Source: Trichoplax sp. H2 | Lineage: Eukaryota | Direction: 5' to 3' | Assembly (NCBI GenBank): GCA_003344405.1 | Contig: NOWV01000002.1 | Location: 1,488,001 to 1,552,000 of the forward strand | DNA length: 64,000 nucleotides | Shown here: positions 25,778 through 39,300 of the stretch, in pieces | How the letters are laid out: each line of letters opens with the position of its first letter | Position numbering within the stretch: the stretch's first letter is position 1 | Notes under the pieces: model-generated | Told to the model about the DNA's origin: nothing | Database searches by the model: none | The model's input: the letters and a program-made list of their open reading frames with translations, nothing else | Position numbers and translations under genes: made by a program

Positions 25778-28740
25778 TCAGAAATTCTCGCTACCAGGGG
25801 GCTTGATTTCGATAAGATAACGCAAAGTTTTACTGTTGATCCAGCTGAAGGTGTTATCAAACACTACCGTATCTAATTACCAAAAATTGATAGTCAGTTG
25901 TATTTTAGTTACTGTTAATGATAAAGTTTTGTACCTAACCCTTCTTCACGTAATTCATAATACAGTCGATTACAACTTACATTGACCAGGATCTTCACAA
26001 CAGTAGCTACCAATTTCCGTGTACAAGTGACTATCACGGCGTAGTAAAGTAACCTTTTCAAAATTGAATATCGGAATTACATAATAGAACTTATAGAAAG
26101 CCTAAATAAAATTTGATAGTCAATTCCTTACAACGTCAAGTTTTTCAGTGTTGCCGTTATTAGAAGATATACTCTTGTAAATACCAAAGGCAATGTTGTG
26201 ATTGTCAGTTTTAAATTCCCAACTAAATTGGTTGAATAAAAATATGTACTTCGGTTAATTTATCTTACAATCGTTAACTTTAAAAACATTTCTAATGTAC
26301 CAGATTTCTGTTCCAGGAGTATCAATGTCAAAGTCCATGGAAAGAGTGTCCCTAGCTCCAACATGAACTGTTGAATACTTATCTAATGATTGATCACAGT
26401 CCGTATTTGCCAAATAATAAGATTTCGGCACATCGCCACCTTTACCTATCTATTCATAATAGTGTTATGTTCGAGTTAGTTATTGGGTTAATAACATTAA
26501 AGTAGCTAAATCTCTTCAGCATAATGAATCGAGCAAATTCGTCTTACAAGTGCTGAACAGTATGGATCACCATTTTCGTCCACGAGTTCACCGCCAAGAA
26601 ATTTTGGTAAATACTTGCTACCCACGGCTTCAACCAACTTACTCTCATAATTCCCTTAAGTTTATGTAGACACGATTTCGAAATAATAATGAAAGAAATT
26701 GTTAATAAGCACGACATACCAATATCCTTACGGTACATAAAAATACGCTGTTATGCACATATTAGGATTATACCAGCGAAAATATGAACTTTTTGTCGAG
26801 TTCTTTCATTTAAGAAAGGTTTTATTGCCGCATAAATCACATAAAAGATCTTAGGAGCTGCATAAAAATGAATAAACTTAAGATTGTTAACAGTAAAATT
26901 AGATCGTATGTGACACTTAGTTATTAGATGATACTATTCTACAGCTCTAATTATTTTTAAGGTTTATATTCTATGCGGCTTCATACCATTTACAATATAT
27001 ACAGCGTCCATTAATTCTGGATAATTTTCATCATATATTTTAGTCATCTAGTCCATAAATAGTTTTAGATAGTTGTTGATATAAATTTTTAAGATGAAGT
27101 TCAGTTATTATAGGAAATTAAAGTTACTTTAACATATTCATACCGTGGTTTAAGTTTGACTTACCTGAGCGAAAAATGTTATAGCTGAAAATGTTAAAGC
27201 AAAACGTTAGAACACGGTATTGACGACGTGAAGAAATGCAAACGTGTATAACTAATATTATAACTTAAAGTACGTGAACTTAGGTTTTGTCATCAGGACG
27301 ACAAGGAAATGCTACTTACATGGTCTATGCATATTTTTTAAGCCAAATCCTTCAAAGTCTTGTATGAATACCATTCCTTTAACATTACGGCCAGTCTGTA
27401 AGATGTCAGCAAATATAATAAATTCAATAAATAATTAGGTACCATAGCAATTGTAGAAAAACATAAACTTCGAACTAACTTAATCTTTAAGATGCATAAA
27501 TCCTCATATTAATTTAAATCTACACAAAAATACCTCCTTTGATTTTTCTTCCATCAAACTATTACATTTTTCAACCAATCGTAAGCAGTATTTCGTCATT
27601 TCTTGCCTACGGACGGAGAGGTAAATACCTAATGGATTCAAAGAAATATATCGCATAGTTATAATCTTTTAGTTTACAGGTAAAAACAGTGAATGCAGAC
27701 TAAGCATGAATCACTACTATTTAGCATTCTAAAATGAGTATATCTTATATGCAGAAACAATATAACGGCAAATAGATTATCTTACCTTTACGATCAATTA
27801 TACCGTTACGCATGACCATCAGTGGCGCTCCAGTTTTAGTAAATCCAATAATATTTGCAGCTTGATAAGTTTGTATTACCTTTGGTAAAATTAAATTTGC
27901 ATTGTTTATTACTGTTGCTTTTCATTATTTCACTTATGAAGAATCATTGTACATCCATATATAATTACACATATAATGAATCTCTAACAAATACTGTGTA
28001 TGGCGATGGTGATAAATTTGATAACTTACTTCTGGCACATTGAAGTCATCCATGATTGTATCCAACTTCATTTCTTTACGATAGATCATAGACTGCCAAA
28101 GTAATGATACAATGCACAGCAACAGTTTTATCTTTATGACTTACAACCATCGTTTCAAAACCAGTAAAAGCTATTATTATGTTATATTGCTAATATACTT
28201 TACAAATCATTTCTTCGGCCTTTGATACGTTAAAATCGCGAGCTATTATGGTAGCAATCATTATAGCAACAGAAAAATATTCACTTAGAATAATGCTTAA
28301 AAAAGTTGATATATAATAATTATCGACATAATATTATTACCTCGTAGCCATCTCAACAAATAATGATCATTTGAAACTCGTTCCGTAGGAATCTTTCCTT
28401 TAACTTTTTCACGAAACTATTGCAAATCAATTAGCCAACGTCATCATATATATATGCATACGCAGGTCAACTACAATTATTGTATAGACTATATATCTAC
28501 AATTTAATGACCGAAGAAATTTTAAACGCTATACATAAGAGCAATGAAGCGTCTTCAAATTATAAATGCCTAGGCTATACGGCCACAATCTCATAATAAT
28601 TAATACTGCTCATTAACTGGGTTGCTTTTCGAAAACGAGTTGGTTGTAAAGCTCAGAAATAAATATAGACTATTTATTTGACTTACTTCATCTAGAGCAG
28701 CCTGTTGCGACGGGTTTAAATCTCCTTCGAATCCGCTCAT
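25778..28740 (-). CDS. SEC14L2-like lipid-binding protein (CRAL-TRIO_N + CRAL-TRIO + GOLD), paralog 1, 15 exons, ~393 aa
   Basis: Hand-spliced GT-AG exons 28740-28687, 28416-28341, 28242-28199, 28092-28030, 27879-27786, 27628-27534, 27395-27320, 27184-27165, 27047-26987, 26857-26774, 26654-26548, 26449-26301, 26222-26132, 26053-25981, 25872-25778 join in frame: MSGFEGDLNPSQQAALDE..DHYLLRWLRARDFN..DENYPE..VNAPKIF..KPFLNERTRQKV..LPKFLGG..GDPYC..WEFKTD..FDNTFSW. Confidence 0.93.
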
Positions 28741-31700
28741 ATTTCCCGATTCCTAAAATTTTTCGATTAAAATTAAAACCAAGATTATTAAAAAACTGAA
28801 ATATTTGATATGGGCGTATGATACCGTACATACAGTATTACTATTAGTTGAATTTTCCTTGATCTAGAATTAAATGTAGACAATTTACAGTTTAGGCAGT
28901 CGAATAAGATTCTTTTTGAGCCATAAGAAAATAATGCTATTTCGAATATGTTAAATACAACTAGTTTTATTTTCACTTTTTAAAGCAGAGAATTTGAAGA
29001 TTTGCAGGTATAGTACTGAATTGTTGAGGATCCAATGCTTAATTTTATTGATTATTATAGTGCTTTCTTTCTTACGTATTGATGTAAAAGCGTATTCAGT
29101 AATTCAATTCTATGGAGTAGAAAGATGGTGAAATATTCGCGAAAGGGGTAATATCATTTCTTTTTATTAGACCAATCAATTGCAAACTTATGTTGGCTAT
29201 TTGTAATGTACTTTATTCCTTTATCTATTGAACGATGGCCATCAGCCATGATTACTTTGGCATTACAAAGTTTTTAGATTGCGAGAAAAGTTTTATCTCA
29301 TTCGTACGAAACTGACTTTAGTGATGGCGATCACTGGTTACTACGGAAGTTTTTACACTGTTTACAGACGAAATTAGCGATCAACCAACGTTCGACAATT
29401 TTAGTTTACATATGATTATTCAAAATAAGAAACGCCGTTTAATTCTTCTGAATAATACAAGCAATGTGGTGCCGATATGAAAATAAAAATGGCTATGGGT
29501 TTAGCAACTTAGTTATTTCACGATAATCTAAAGTACCATAGATAGGACCACTAGGAGAAGTAGGTCTTCTTCTAGTAGTCTATGACCATAACTATACTAA
29601 GGTGGATTGATTGATAGCAGAAATAAGAAATATTATTCTTTCGTGGACTGATAAATTGGCAAATTAATTGATGCATACGTGCCAACGTTAGCATTTAAAA
29701 GCGTCAACAATTGACTTATGCATGATTTACGCTGTAAAAGTGTATGATAAAATAGCTCCAGTTTACATTTTTTTACTTCAAGATTATTCTATCATCACCA
29801 TTCAATAGTGATCTTCATGTTTAAATACATGAATAAACGAGAGATCGTCTATCAAAGTAGTGGAAATTGTCTTGTCATGCGGTACCGGCTTAATTTAAAA
29901 TGTTTATATAGTACTGTAACTATTCACATCAAGGTCATGGTAATTAATGTTTTGTGGTAGCATAAGACAAACAATAGCATGTCCGTCAATAACGTTACTG
30001 TACTTCCTACACATTTAAATCAGTACCGGCAATCATTAATTTAATTGAATTAGTAATTTAGTTCTGGCTGAATCACTATACGCGCAGTAAAGGATAAGTT
30101 ATGCTGATGTGCATACATGATATTGGATTAAGCCAATTTAAAAGGGGCAGTAAGAAGGATTTTGGAAAAAGTTAATCAAGCAAGAGTGGTTGCCATCATA
30201 TAATTATTATAATATTAATAATTATCGCCAAATAATGACAATGTCTAATAGGCATAAGACTGTTGGATCTGATCAATCAATAGCAGAATGTTTCGTTTAA
30301 TGCGATCCACAGTCATCAGTCATACACTGACAACATTGGGCTACAAGTACAGCCAAAAATTTAGCGAGACCGAGTTTAATTTATTTTACTTACACTGCCA
30401 CTGTAGCTGGTTCGACAACAAGAAATTTATTGTACAGCATGTAAATGAAATTCGAAGGACTAGAGGGAGTTTTTAAGCAATGAATTTGATTTCTAGTTAA
30501 AAATGATAAAAACTGCAGAGGACTGGCTATCGTGGACCATTTTAGCCTAAGCAATCGTACGTAAATACTCGTTAGATTTGATACGAACTACCAAGGACTT
30601 GTACAAAAGAAAGGTACAGTACCGATGGATTTTAAAGCCAATGGTAGAACAGAATTTTTTGTTTACGATAACGAATGATTGATTTTTTCCCTAGGAGGTA
30701 AGAAGGGATGGAAATTATCTCATGAGGTTGGTATAACGAATAAAAAAGATTCATCCACTGCTAGCATTTTCTGATATGCAAGAGATACTAATATCTACTT
30801 GAATCAAATTTGAGCAGGTAAACGAGATTATTGTAAGAGTCAGATATTACTGTTGATCGGAGATTTTTATTGAATAATAAAAATATGTACAAGTATTCAT
30901 CGTCCACCAGCACACAGTGTACTGTACACTCTTTGGGACTATTTCATCTACGTTGTTGTGATTTGGGAAATGTGGCAAATTAGGCCATTGTATTGAATCA
31001 GATAGACAACTACAGAAGATAATGTTGGGCTTTCACCGCTTGTCATCAAGTAATTAGCCCAATGCTACGCTGGACATAATGTAATAGAAGTAAGTCATAA
31101 CTTGTCACAAGCGTCGATGAATCTAGCTATTCCATTTGGATACCATGGATAACATGCTGAAGGCGATACTCAGTTGGTATTACGTCGATATTGGATTTTA
31201 CGATATTATAATGCAAAGAAATATTGCTGTACTGTACAGTAGAGTAACTGGAGAATTGGAGTCGATTGATGTAACTACGAAATTGGGCAGCCTAGTTCTT
31301 GAGAATTCGAGTAGTACTCTCTATTAGGACTAGTGTTGACTATTTTTTTTCTCTCTCTCTCTTTCTCTGTTATTGACATTGCCGTTATCGTTATTCTATT
31401 AAGGTTAATATTGTTGAATTAACTTGCAGGGAGTGAAAATGTATATTGTCGTTCAATCAACGAACATGACTTACTTTTTCGATTAAAGTGGGTTGTGGCT
31501 TGAATTGACCTTTAGATACTACCCAAACTTTTCAACAATTTCCGTAATGACAGAATGATTTCGAATATTCACTTTTATGAATAATCAATCCAGCTAGCCA
31601 GTCGAAGTAGGAGCTATGGCAGCAAGGAGCTTTGAAGCAATGGCGGAGATTTTCCAAGTGTCAATGAATTTCCTCGTTGAGGCGTGATGAAATGACTGAG

Positions 31701-33583
31701 CTGTCGTCACTCGTCGCGTTTGGCCACGGCCGTCAGACTTGTCACTCAATCAATTTCCGAAGACAGTACTGTACTGTACTGTACTCAGTGCTGTACGTAC
31801 TGTAAATGGGTCGTACCGTACGAGCGTGACCTTTCAACTACACAACCACGGCGATCGATATCAAGCAGGTTGAATCTTGCAACATAACATCAATATCCAC
31901 CTATTGTGGAACTGGTACAGTACTGTACGATAAGGTACTGTACACTCAGTGTACAGTACTTTACTGCATTTTTTAGTACTGTACAGCGCAATGATCAATC
32001 TGATATGAAGCAATGGACGAGAAGGCCCTCGAACGAAAAAGAAGCAGAAGCTCCTCTTGAAATCGCCTTTGCATGACGATGAAACACGAATTAGAGTATG
32101 CTGGCTACTAAATAACGCAATTAGTAGCGCTACTTATAAACTATGTGAAAAAGATTAGAAAAAGAATCTCGCTTTACTGTATACTGCAACAACGTTACTC
32201 TACCATAATATTCAGGCTAACAGTGGTAGAGTAGAATTTGTACTGTCTACGATGTCAGAACTGTGCCCAGAGGAGAGAATAGCAGAGGTCAAACAGTGAA
32301 TACAGCCATGACTTTAAGGTCAAATTAATGAATTGACAGTTTACAATTGCCAGTACTGTCTATTAAACCTTAATCAATGCTAATCATTCACCGACAGCAT
32401 GATGGCTTTCATTGATTAACTGTCAACTCTGCTTGATTTGGGAGGCCAAGAAAGAGCTTTATTAGGTTTGGTAAACAGGTCAAGTTGATGGATGATCAGT
32501 AGTCCATACTCGTTCCTCCAGAGTATTAATACTGGGCTAGAGCGGTGGATGGGTTCGCAATCCGACAACCCGAAATTACACTCCTAATTACTGTATTGAG
32601 CTAAAGTCGTTGCTGCTAGTCTAGTTGCTAGTCTAGTTTATGGCTGTTTTCGATTAGGAATAGGGTCTAGGCTGTAACACAGCGGCCACAAGTTTCATTT
32701 TGGAACCATTGAATGATTTTCTAAAGTCAGAATAAGAATTCAAATTTTCGCCATTGAGTCATGATTGTGAGCCAAACCAATATTGAGAGATAGAACTATA
32801 ATGTATCTATCGTAAAAACTTCCCAAACGATACAAATCAGAAAGAAAGGAAAATTTGTAACCCAGACATAATGTAAAGCAAGAATCAGCGACTGAATTCC
32901 CTGCCGAAAGCAATCCAACAATTATACAATATAATTCTTGACCAACGTACAACTTAGACCGGTATTAGCTTGCTGAAGTATTTCTTTAATTCTATTTCTC
33001 TTCTCTGCCAAACTATCGCACTTTGTCGTCATTTATATACGTACTTAACAGATCTAGCAAATGCCGATTTAAAACTATAGTTATCGTCCAACAGTCCAAT
33101 CCATTTAAATTAGGGAGAAACGACAATTTGCGACCTAGACATACTGCAGATTAAGTAGATTGATACTGATAGTACAGTAGTACGTTGGTACCGTCATAGC
33201 TGAAAAATCAATTGATTATTGTTGTTCTGTAATCTGATTTAGTCCAGCAATGAATCATACGTACAAGCCCAGAAAGTATATTACTAAACAGACAATCGAA
33301 ACGTAACGAAGTCTACCTACAATCAACAACTACGGTACAGTATAGACTGTATGCAATCAAAACGAAGATAGACTAACATCGATAACTTAAGACCATGATA
33401 ATATGTTCGAATTTATGTTCTATTCTATGATAAAGAACTGCTAATTCCTAACGATAGTCCACAAAAAAAAAGTTATCATAACAATCATTTATATTGTTCT
33501 AGGTCTATTTACTCCACGACAACTTTGTTTAATTCATACGTATTATGATTACTTCTGTAGTAAAATTAAAATAAAATAAAGAG

Positions 33584-34085
33584 TTTCTGAAACTAACCTC
33601 TATCGCGATTATATGTGATTATTATCATATCATAGTTAATAAACGAATTTTAAGTTTACCATTGCTTTACGTATTGGTTTGCAGTTTGTACTGCGTAGCT
33701 AATGAATCGCTAGTTCTGCAATCTTACGGTATATACTTAACATATGCACTACACGTATGTGCAGTTATTTTTTACAGCGCGTTGCAATGAAGAAGAATTT
33801 CTGAATAAACCTCTATCATATACGCGTATAATTAATTATCATTATCACAGTTCATTAACTTTAGCTTTCCCGGTGTTTTACTTTGTTTTACGTAGCTAAT
33901 GATGAATTATTAGTTCTATAGATCTTACGCTATACTTACATACGTATGTGTGAATTTCTGAAATTAACCTATATCACGGCCACTTTATAATTATTATCAA
34001 AATAAAGAGATTAATCATAAGTTTGCAAGTAGTCTGTGCATTGCGAAGTTAATAAATAACTGCTGATCTTACAGTATATCTATGC
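33584..34085. repeat. Three diverged tandem copies (~160-215 bp units)
   Basis: Units begin TTTCTGAA..AACCT.TATC at ~33584, ~33798, ~33955 and share ATCTTAC..TATA near their ends. Confidence 0.75.
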
Positions 34086-34621
34086 ATCAACAATATCTGA
34101 TATGATATTTTGAGGTCATTACATTAAGATCCGTTTCAAAACACCAACAATATTCAGTATAATAGTGAGTTGGTGATTGCAGAAATAAAGCATTACTGGT
34201 CATGAAAGCATAAAGCAAACGAAGGAGCTAGATTTATTGCCAAAAGATTCATATGATTGACTAAGCGGACAAATTGAATGAATCAACATAGCTTTTCCGC
34301 TTAATATGAATTTCAGGTAGCATAATCTGTAAAGACTGCCTGTTAATATTAAGAAGTAGTACTAATAGTCTTATAGTACTTCGTTTTATCATTCATGATG
34401 GCCCTTCATAGAGCTAAGCTTCAGTTCATTTTTGTAGCTTATATACTTAAACAGTACCTAGTTTACTCATCTATATGGATAAAACAAGTTTTACTAAACA
34501 AAGAATAGGTGCAAGGTACCGCAGCTATGAATAGAATACCAGCATCGAATCAGTAATTATTATAATATTACAAAGTTTAATTTTAAACCATTACTGTTAT
34601 TAGTTTTGCTTTCATAATAGT

Positions 34622-35140
34622 TGTCACAATTTCACTTCTGCGACAAGGTGACGTACAGTAAAGATCTATAAGTAGCTCCTGACTTAAACGCCCTTTTACT
34701 TAACGCTAAACACTCAGCAAAATACTGTAAAGATGAAACTTTTATTAGCAACGATACATCTACAACTTTTTACCACACCACTCAATTTAAATGTTCCCGT
34801 TTATATAGGAACCGTCTAATTTGTAAACAACAACAGTATTATTATTATACCTTACTAGGAGAAGCATCTCGAACTGAGATATTCCTTTCATAGCTTTTCT
34901 ATCAGTAATTATTTTGAATCTCTTACTCATACTTAATCTTAATCGAAGCTCGTAGGTTGTCTAATTCAACTATCATCAACTAGAACTTGAATCATCTTAC
35001 TGCTATCTATCACACAATAACAATCAATATTAAATATGTAATGAACTATCACGAACAACATCCACATTAAGGCATTACTTATCTTACCTAGTACTACAAA
35101 TATGGATATTCTCTATACTAGCTACTACTGTACTTATTAA
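34622..35140 (-). mobile_element. Probable solo LTR, copy 1
   Basis: Reverse complement of 61375-61875 (about 75-80% by eye); minus-strand CCTATATAAACGGG TATA box and ...TTGTGACA end. Confidence 0.7.
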
Positions 35141-36326
35141 CTTATTAAACTATCCTAATGACAAGGCAACACCGCAACAATAGCACATTTTCAGGTCCAG
35201 AATGTGAAAATGGAATGCAAATATCAATCAGAACCAGTACTATCGTACAAATTATCGATAAACCGATTACACTTATTGCTAGAGCTTATATTTTTGGGTA
35301 ATATTTCTAAACTGGATTGATAGTGGTGATAAAAAGACCCAGAATACGATTTTAAACCATATAAGCATATTTTTACAAATTAATTTCACTTTCATAGACG
35401 AATTTTTATTATTGGCTAATAGTCAAAAATTACATTTCATGTCGAAATCCTACTATATCGAAGGAAAAACAATATATCAGATGATCCTAAAACTTGATAG
35501 GTACCGGTAAGAATGCTTAAGAGGCTCTGTCCAAGTTTAGTAACGGAGATACTACCTAATTTTATTCTCTGCTTCTTCGCCCGAAAATGATGCACATAAA
35601 TAGCTAAGTTAGATGCACATTGCATATTTAACATCGTACACATACAAAGTGGGTAAGGTACCTTATATAAATACAGTAAATATTTTTAGAATCATAGAAG
35701 CAAACCAGTTGCTTACTGAAGATTAGGCTAGTTTTACAGTTAATTACAAGTATAGAAAGAACAACTCTGTTAAAATCTCAATATTATCTATCCAAGTCAT
35801 ATAAGCGGCAGCAATCTTTGTAAAGCTGCTATGATAGGTCAGTATTTGGCTATTAAATTTAAGGAAAGGAATTAAAATTAATTAGTGAGCCCTATCAAGG
35901 CATTTCTATTTTTACATAGCTCATAATATACCGTATAGAATTAATGTAAATTAAGATCTAGGCTTAGAAACTAAAGTTGCAGTTAAGTTTTTAAATCTAA
36001 TACATACTGAATAAATAATAATCTATCTTTAAACAGAAGAATATAGAATGAATGAAATTCTTCTGCTATTAAGATAGGAACTACATTATTTTCAAATCCT
36101 AGACCAGCAATATAAAATTTGTACAGCACTACGGTATTTACGTACTGTATCAGAGCTAATGATCTACAATAAAATACTCGTATATTTAATTCCAAGTAAT
36201 ATAAGTTATAAACCATGAATGTTCGTTCGCGAAGTTTCAAAATTACTATTACTTCCATCAAATTATCTTTATCCATTAAATATTTAATGTTAAATGCCAA
36301 CAAAATGTATGATGTTTTTTCGATTA

Positions 36327-39300
36327 CTAATCGAATACATCATCGGATTCTACTTCACGTGGACCTCTAAGTTCAATATCATATAGCAACCTTTTGCTAT
36401 TTACCCAACTATACGTATTATCAAAGTACAGGACATCTATAGTAAGAAATATTTGAAATATGTTTGAGAAAACATAAAATTTTTCTACTTTCGTATGATA
36501 TATGATATTTGTAGTTACATATAGCATAACATCATTTCATATTCGCCCTATTTTGCTCCAATATTGATAAAAAAGTGATAACACCTGGTCTACTCTAATC
36601 ATTAAACTTACATTTTCCTGGCTCTTGACAAGTATAACTGCCATTTTCAAGGAAAGTATTACAATCACGACGTAAAACAGGCACCTAAATTATAAATAAG
36701 ATAAAAATTCAGTCACTGAACCGAATAATTACTAATTGACTACGAGTAAAATCAATATTATTATAATATCCTGCTGCAAGACTAACCACAAACACCTGAT
36801 TGGATGATTCACTGTCGCCTTCAATCACTTTGTATATGCCAAATCCAATATTATGTTTATCTGTTCGAAATTTCCATCTATGAATTATAAATATGTAAGA
36901 AATGAATTACATTACATTTGTAAAAAGAAATAAAAGTATTTTCAATATTATATAAGAGCAAGCTAATAAAAATTTACTTTATCATGGTTCCAGATTGTTT
37001 GATATCATAGGGCAATTTCAAACTATCTCTTCTATTGATCGTGACAGCTGTGTAATTATCAGTGGATTGCTCAGTAGATAATTCATTCAGGTAATAAGAT
37101 TTTGGAATTTCACCACCCGGGCAGATCTGTATATATTAGGATTTTCACACAAGTATAGAAATATGCTATCAAGTAATAGAAAAATTGATTGTACTAAAAA
37201 TAATGTATCAGTTTAAAATATTTTATAGTTGCTTCACACCATTAAGTAGCTATTCTATCAGCTTATCTAGATAGTTTAGTTAAGAAAAGCTACGCGTAAT
37301 ATTGTAATAAAACAAAAGGAAAATAAGATATTGAAAATAGAAATGAATATACAAAAGAATACCCAAAATTTTACAACCAGCCTATATCAAATGTTTAAGA
37401 CGCTATGGTTGTCGCTCTCGGCTTTTATCATCACCTGTGACGGACAATATGGATCGCCTGTTTCGTCTACAATTTCTCCACCTAGAGCCTTTGGTAGTTG
37501 ATCGGCATCAATATAATCCAAAAGAGCAGTTTTATAGTTACCTATAGACGATCGAAAATCAATTAGGTAACGTCATTGCTTGACTCAACTGTTAAAGTAA
37601 GTGCAATTCTAAACTATTCGTATTAGGTTGGCAAGATTTGTATATATATAATATATTTAAATTTTATAACCGTTAGATTAATTACAATTCTAATGTCAGC
37701 TATGGCACTAATCACTTGTTGTAAGGTTGACTACAGAACGCATAAGAGCTATATAAGATATCGAGATGCTGTTCGTGGATCGAAATTTTAATATCGATTC
37801 ACGAACATGCCTTACTATATAACAGAACCATAAAAATATTTATTACGGATAACTGATTTTAAATCAATAGATTTAATATTACTAAAATTACTTGACATGA
37901 CTTGAATTTTTGATTTCGTCTTTTCGCTTATAAACGGCTTGATTAAGCCAAACGCGATGTAGAATATGCGTGGAGCTTAAACGAAAATAGATTTAAAAGA
38001 CCATCATGTGATTAGCAAAATTTTATTTGATTATCTATTGCATTATTAAGCATGGATAGGTTGTGTATATTTGGTTATAAAAGAGCAATAATTAGTGAAT
38101 TTAAAATTAGTCTAGGACTGTAACTAAAGAATAAGTAAAATTGCAAGTCTATATAGTTCTATGATAGCAACAGATTTAAATAATCGGACGAATTTATACG
38201 CGATAGTGCAAAATTATACTTGTAATACTTAAGCTTGAGAGCTATTCTGTTAGAAAAATTGATAGGTAAAACTTCATTCAAACGTAGAATTAAATTTACG
38301 ATTTCAATAAAGCAATAGAGCGGAAGAAGATTAAATATTTAATTTTAGCATACTGTTAATCACGTAGACACTTTTCATCATTTCTGGATAATTATCTTCA
38401 AATAATGGCACGAGCTACGTGAATGAATTATATTTCAGATGTTAATATAATAACAAACTAAGATTTACGTATTAATATATAATAGTATAATAGTTTAAAC
38501 TAACTATCGCTCTGGATGTGCTTTCTATCTCATGATAATTTATGACCAGAATGTAACAAATTTTTACGAAAGACTGCATGACTAATATTAATAACTTGCA
38601 GTTAATTTTAACAATAACTGCTATGGTATAATGCTTTACTAAACAATTATTTACCTTTGAAAAGAGTGTAAATGCTGTTGAATGGAATAGAAAATTAGAA
38701 ATAAATGGATTAGACCGAGAATTGAGATAGCTTAAACGTTGTTATTTGTATCAAAAATCCCCGAAATTAGAAATTTGGCAATGAATCTATGACAATACCA
38801 GCTACAAAAGTTAGACATGTAAAGTTTATAGATTCATTTTTTTCTAGCCAAAATCACTAGACGAATAACCAGAGATATAATTATAAAGCCTAACTCATAA
38901 TGACCTGGCTTATACATATCTTTCATGCCAAATCCATCCATGTCATCTATAACTGTAATATTTTCAATAGTTCTTCCCAGCTACGAAAATGTATTCGAAT
39001 AAATTCAAGGACATTCTACTTAGGATGTTATACGTACTATCGCACCAAATTTGAAAAATAAACTTATACTTTAAAATATGTAAATAATTCTGTCAAAGAA
39101 ATTAGTCGATCAGTTCGGTACCTTCTTCGATTGTTGTTGACATAAAATTTTGGCTCTCTCCATCATGTAAAATCCATACGTAATGAAATCATCTTTTCTT
39201 ACTGATTGCAGTAGTCCTGTATGATAGTCACCGCAGAGAATTGAAATTGCATATTATCAATAAAGCAATACGTATGCATACTTTCTTTTTTATTCAGTAG

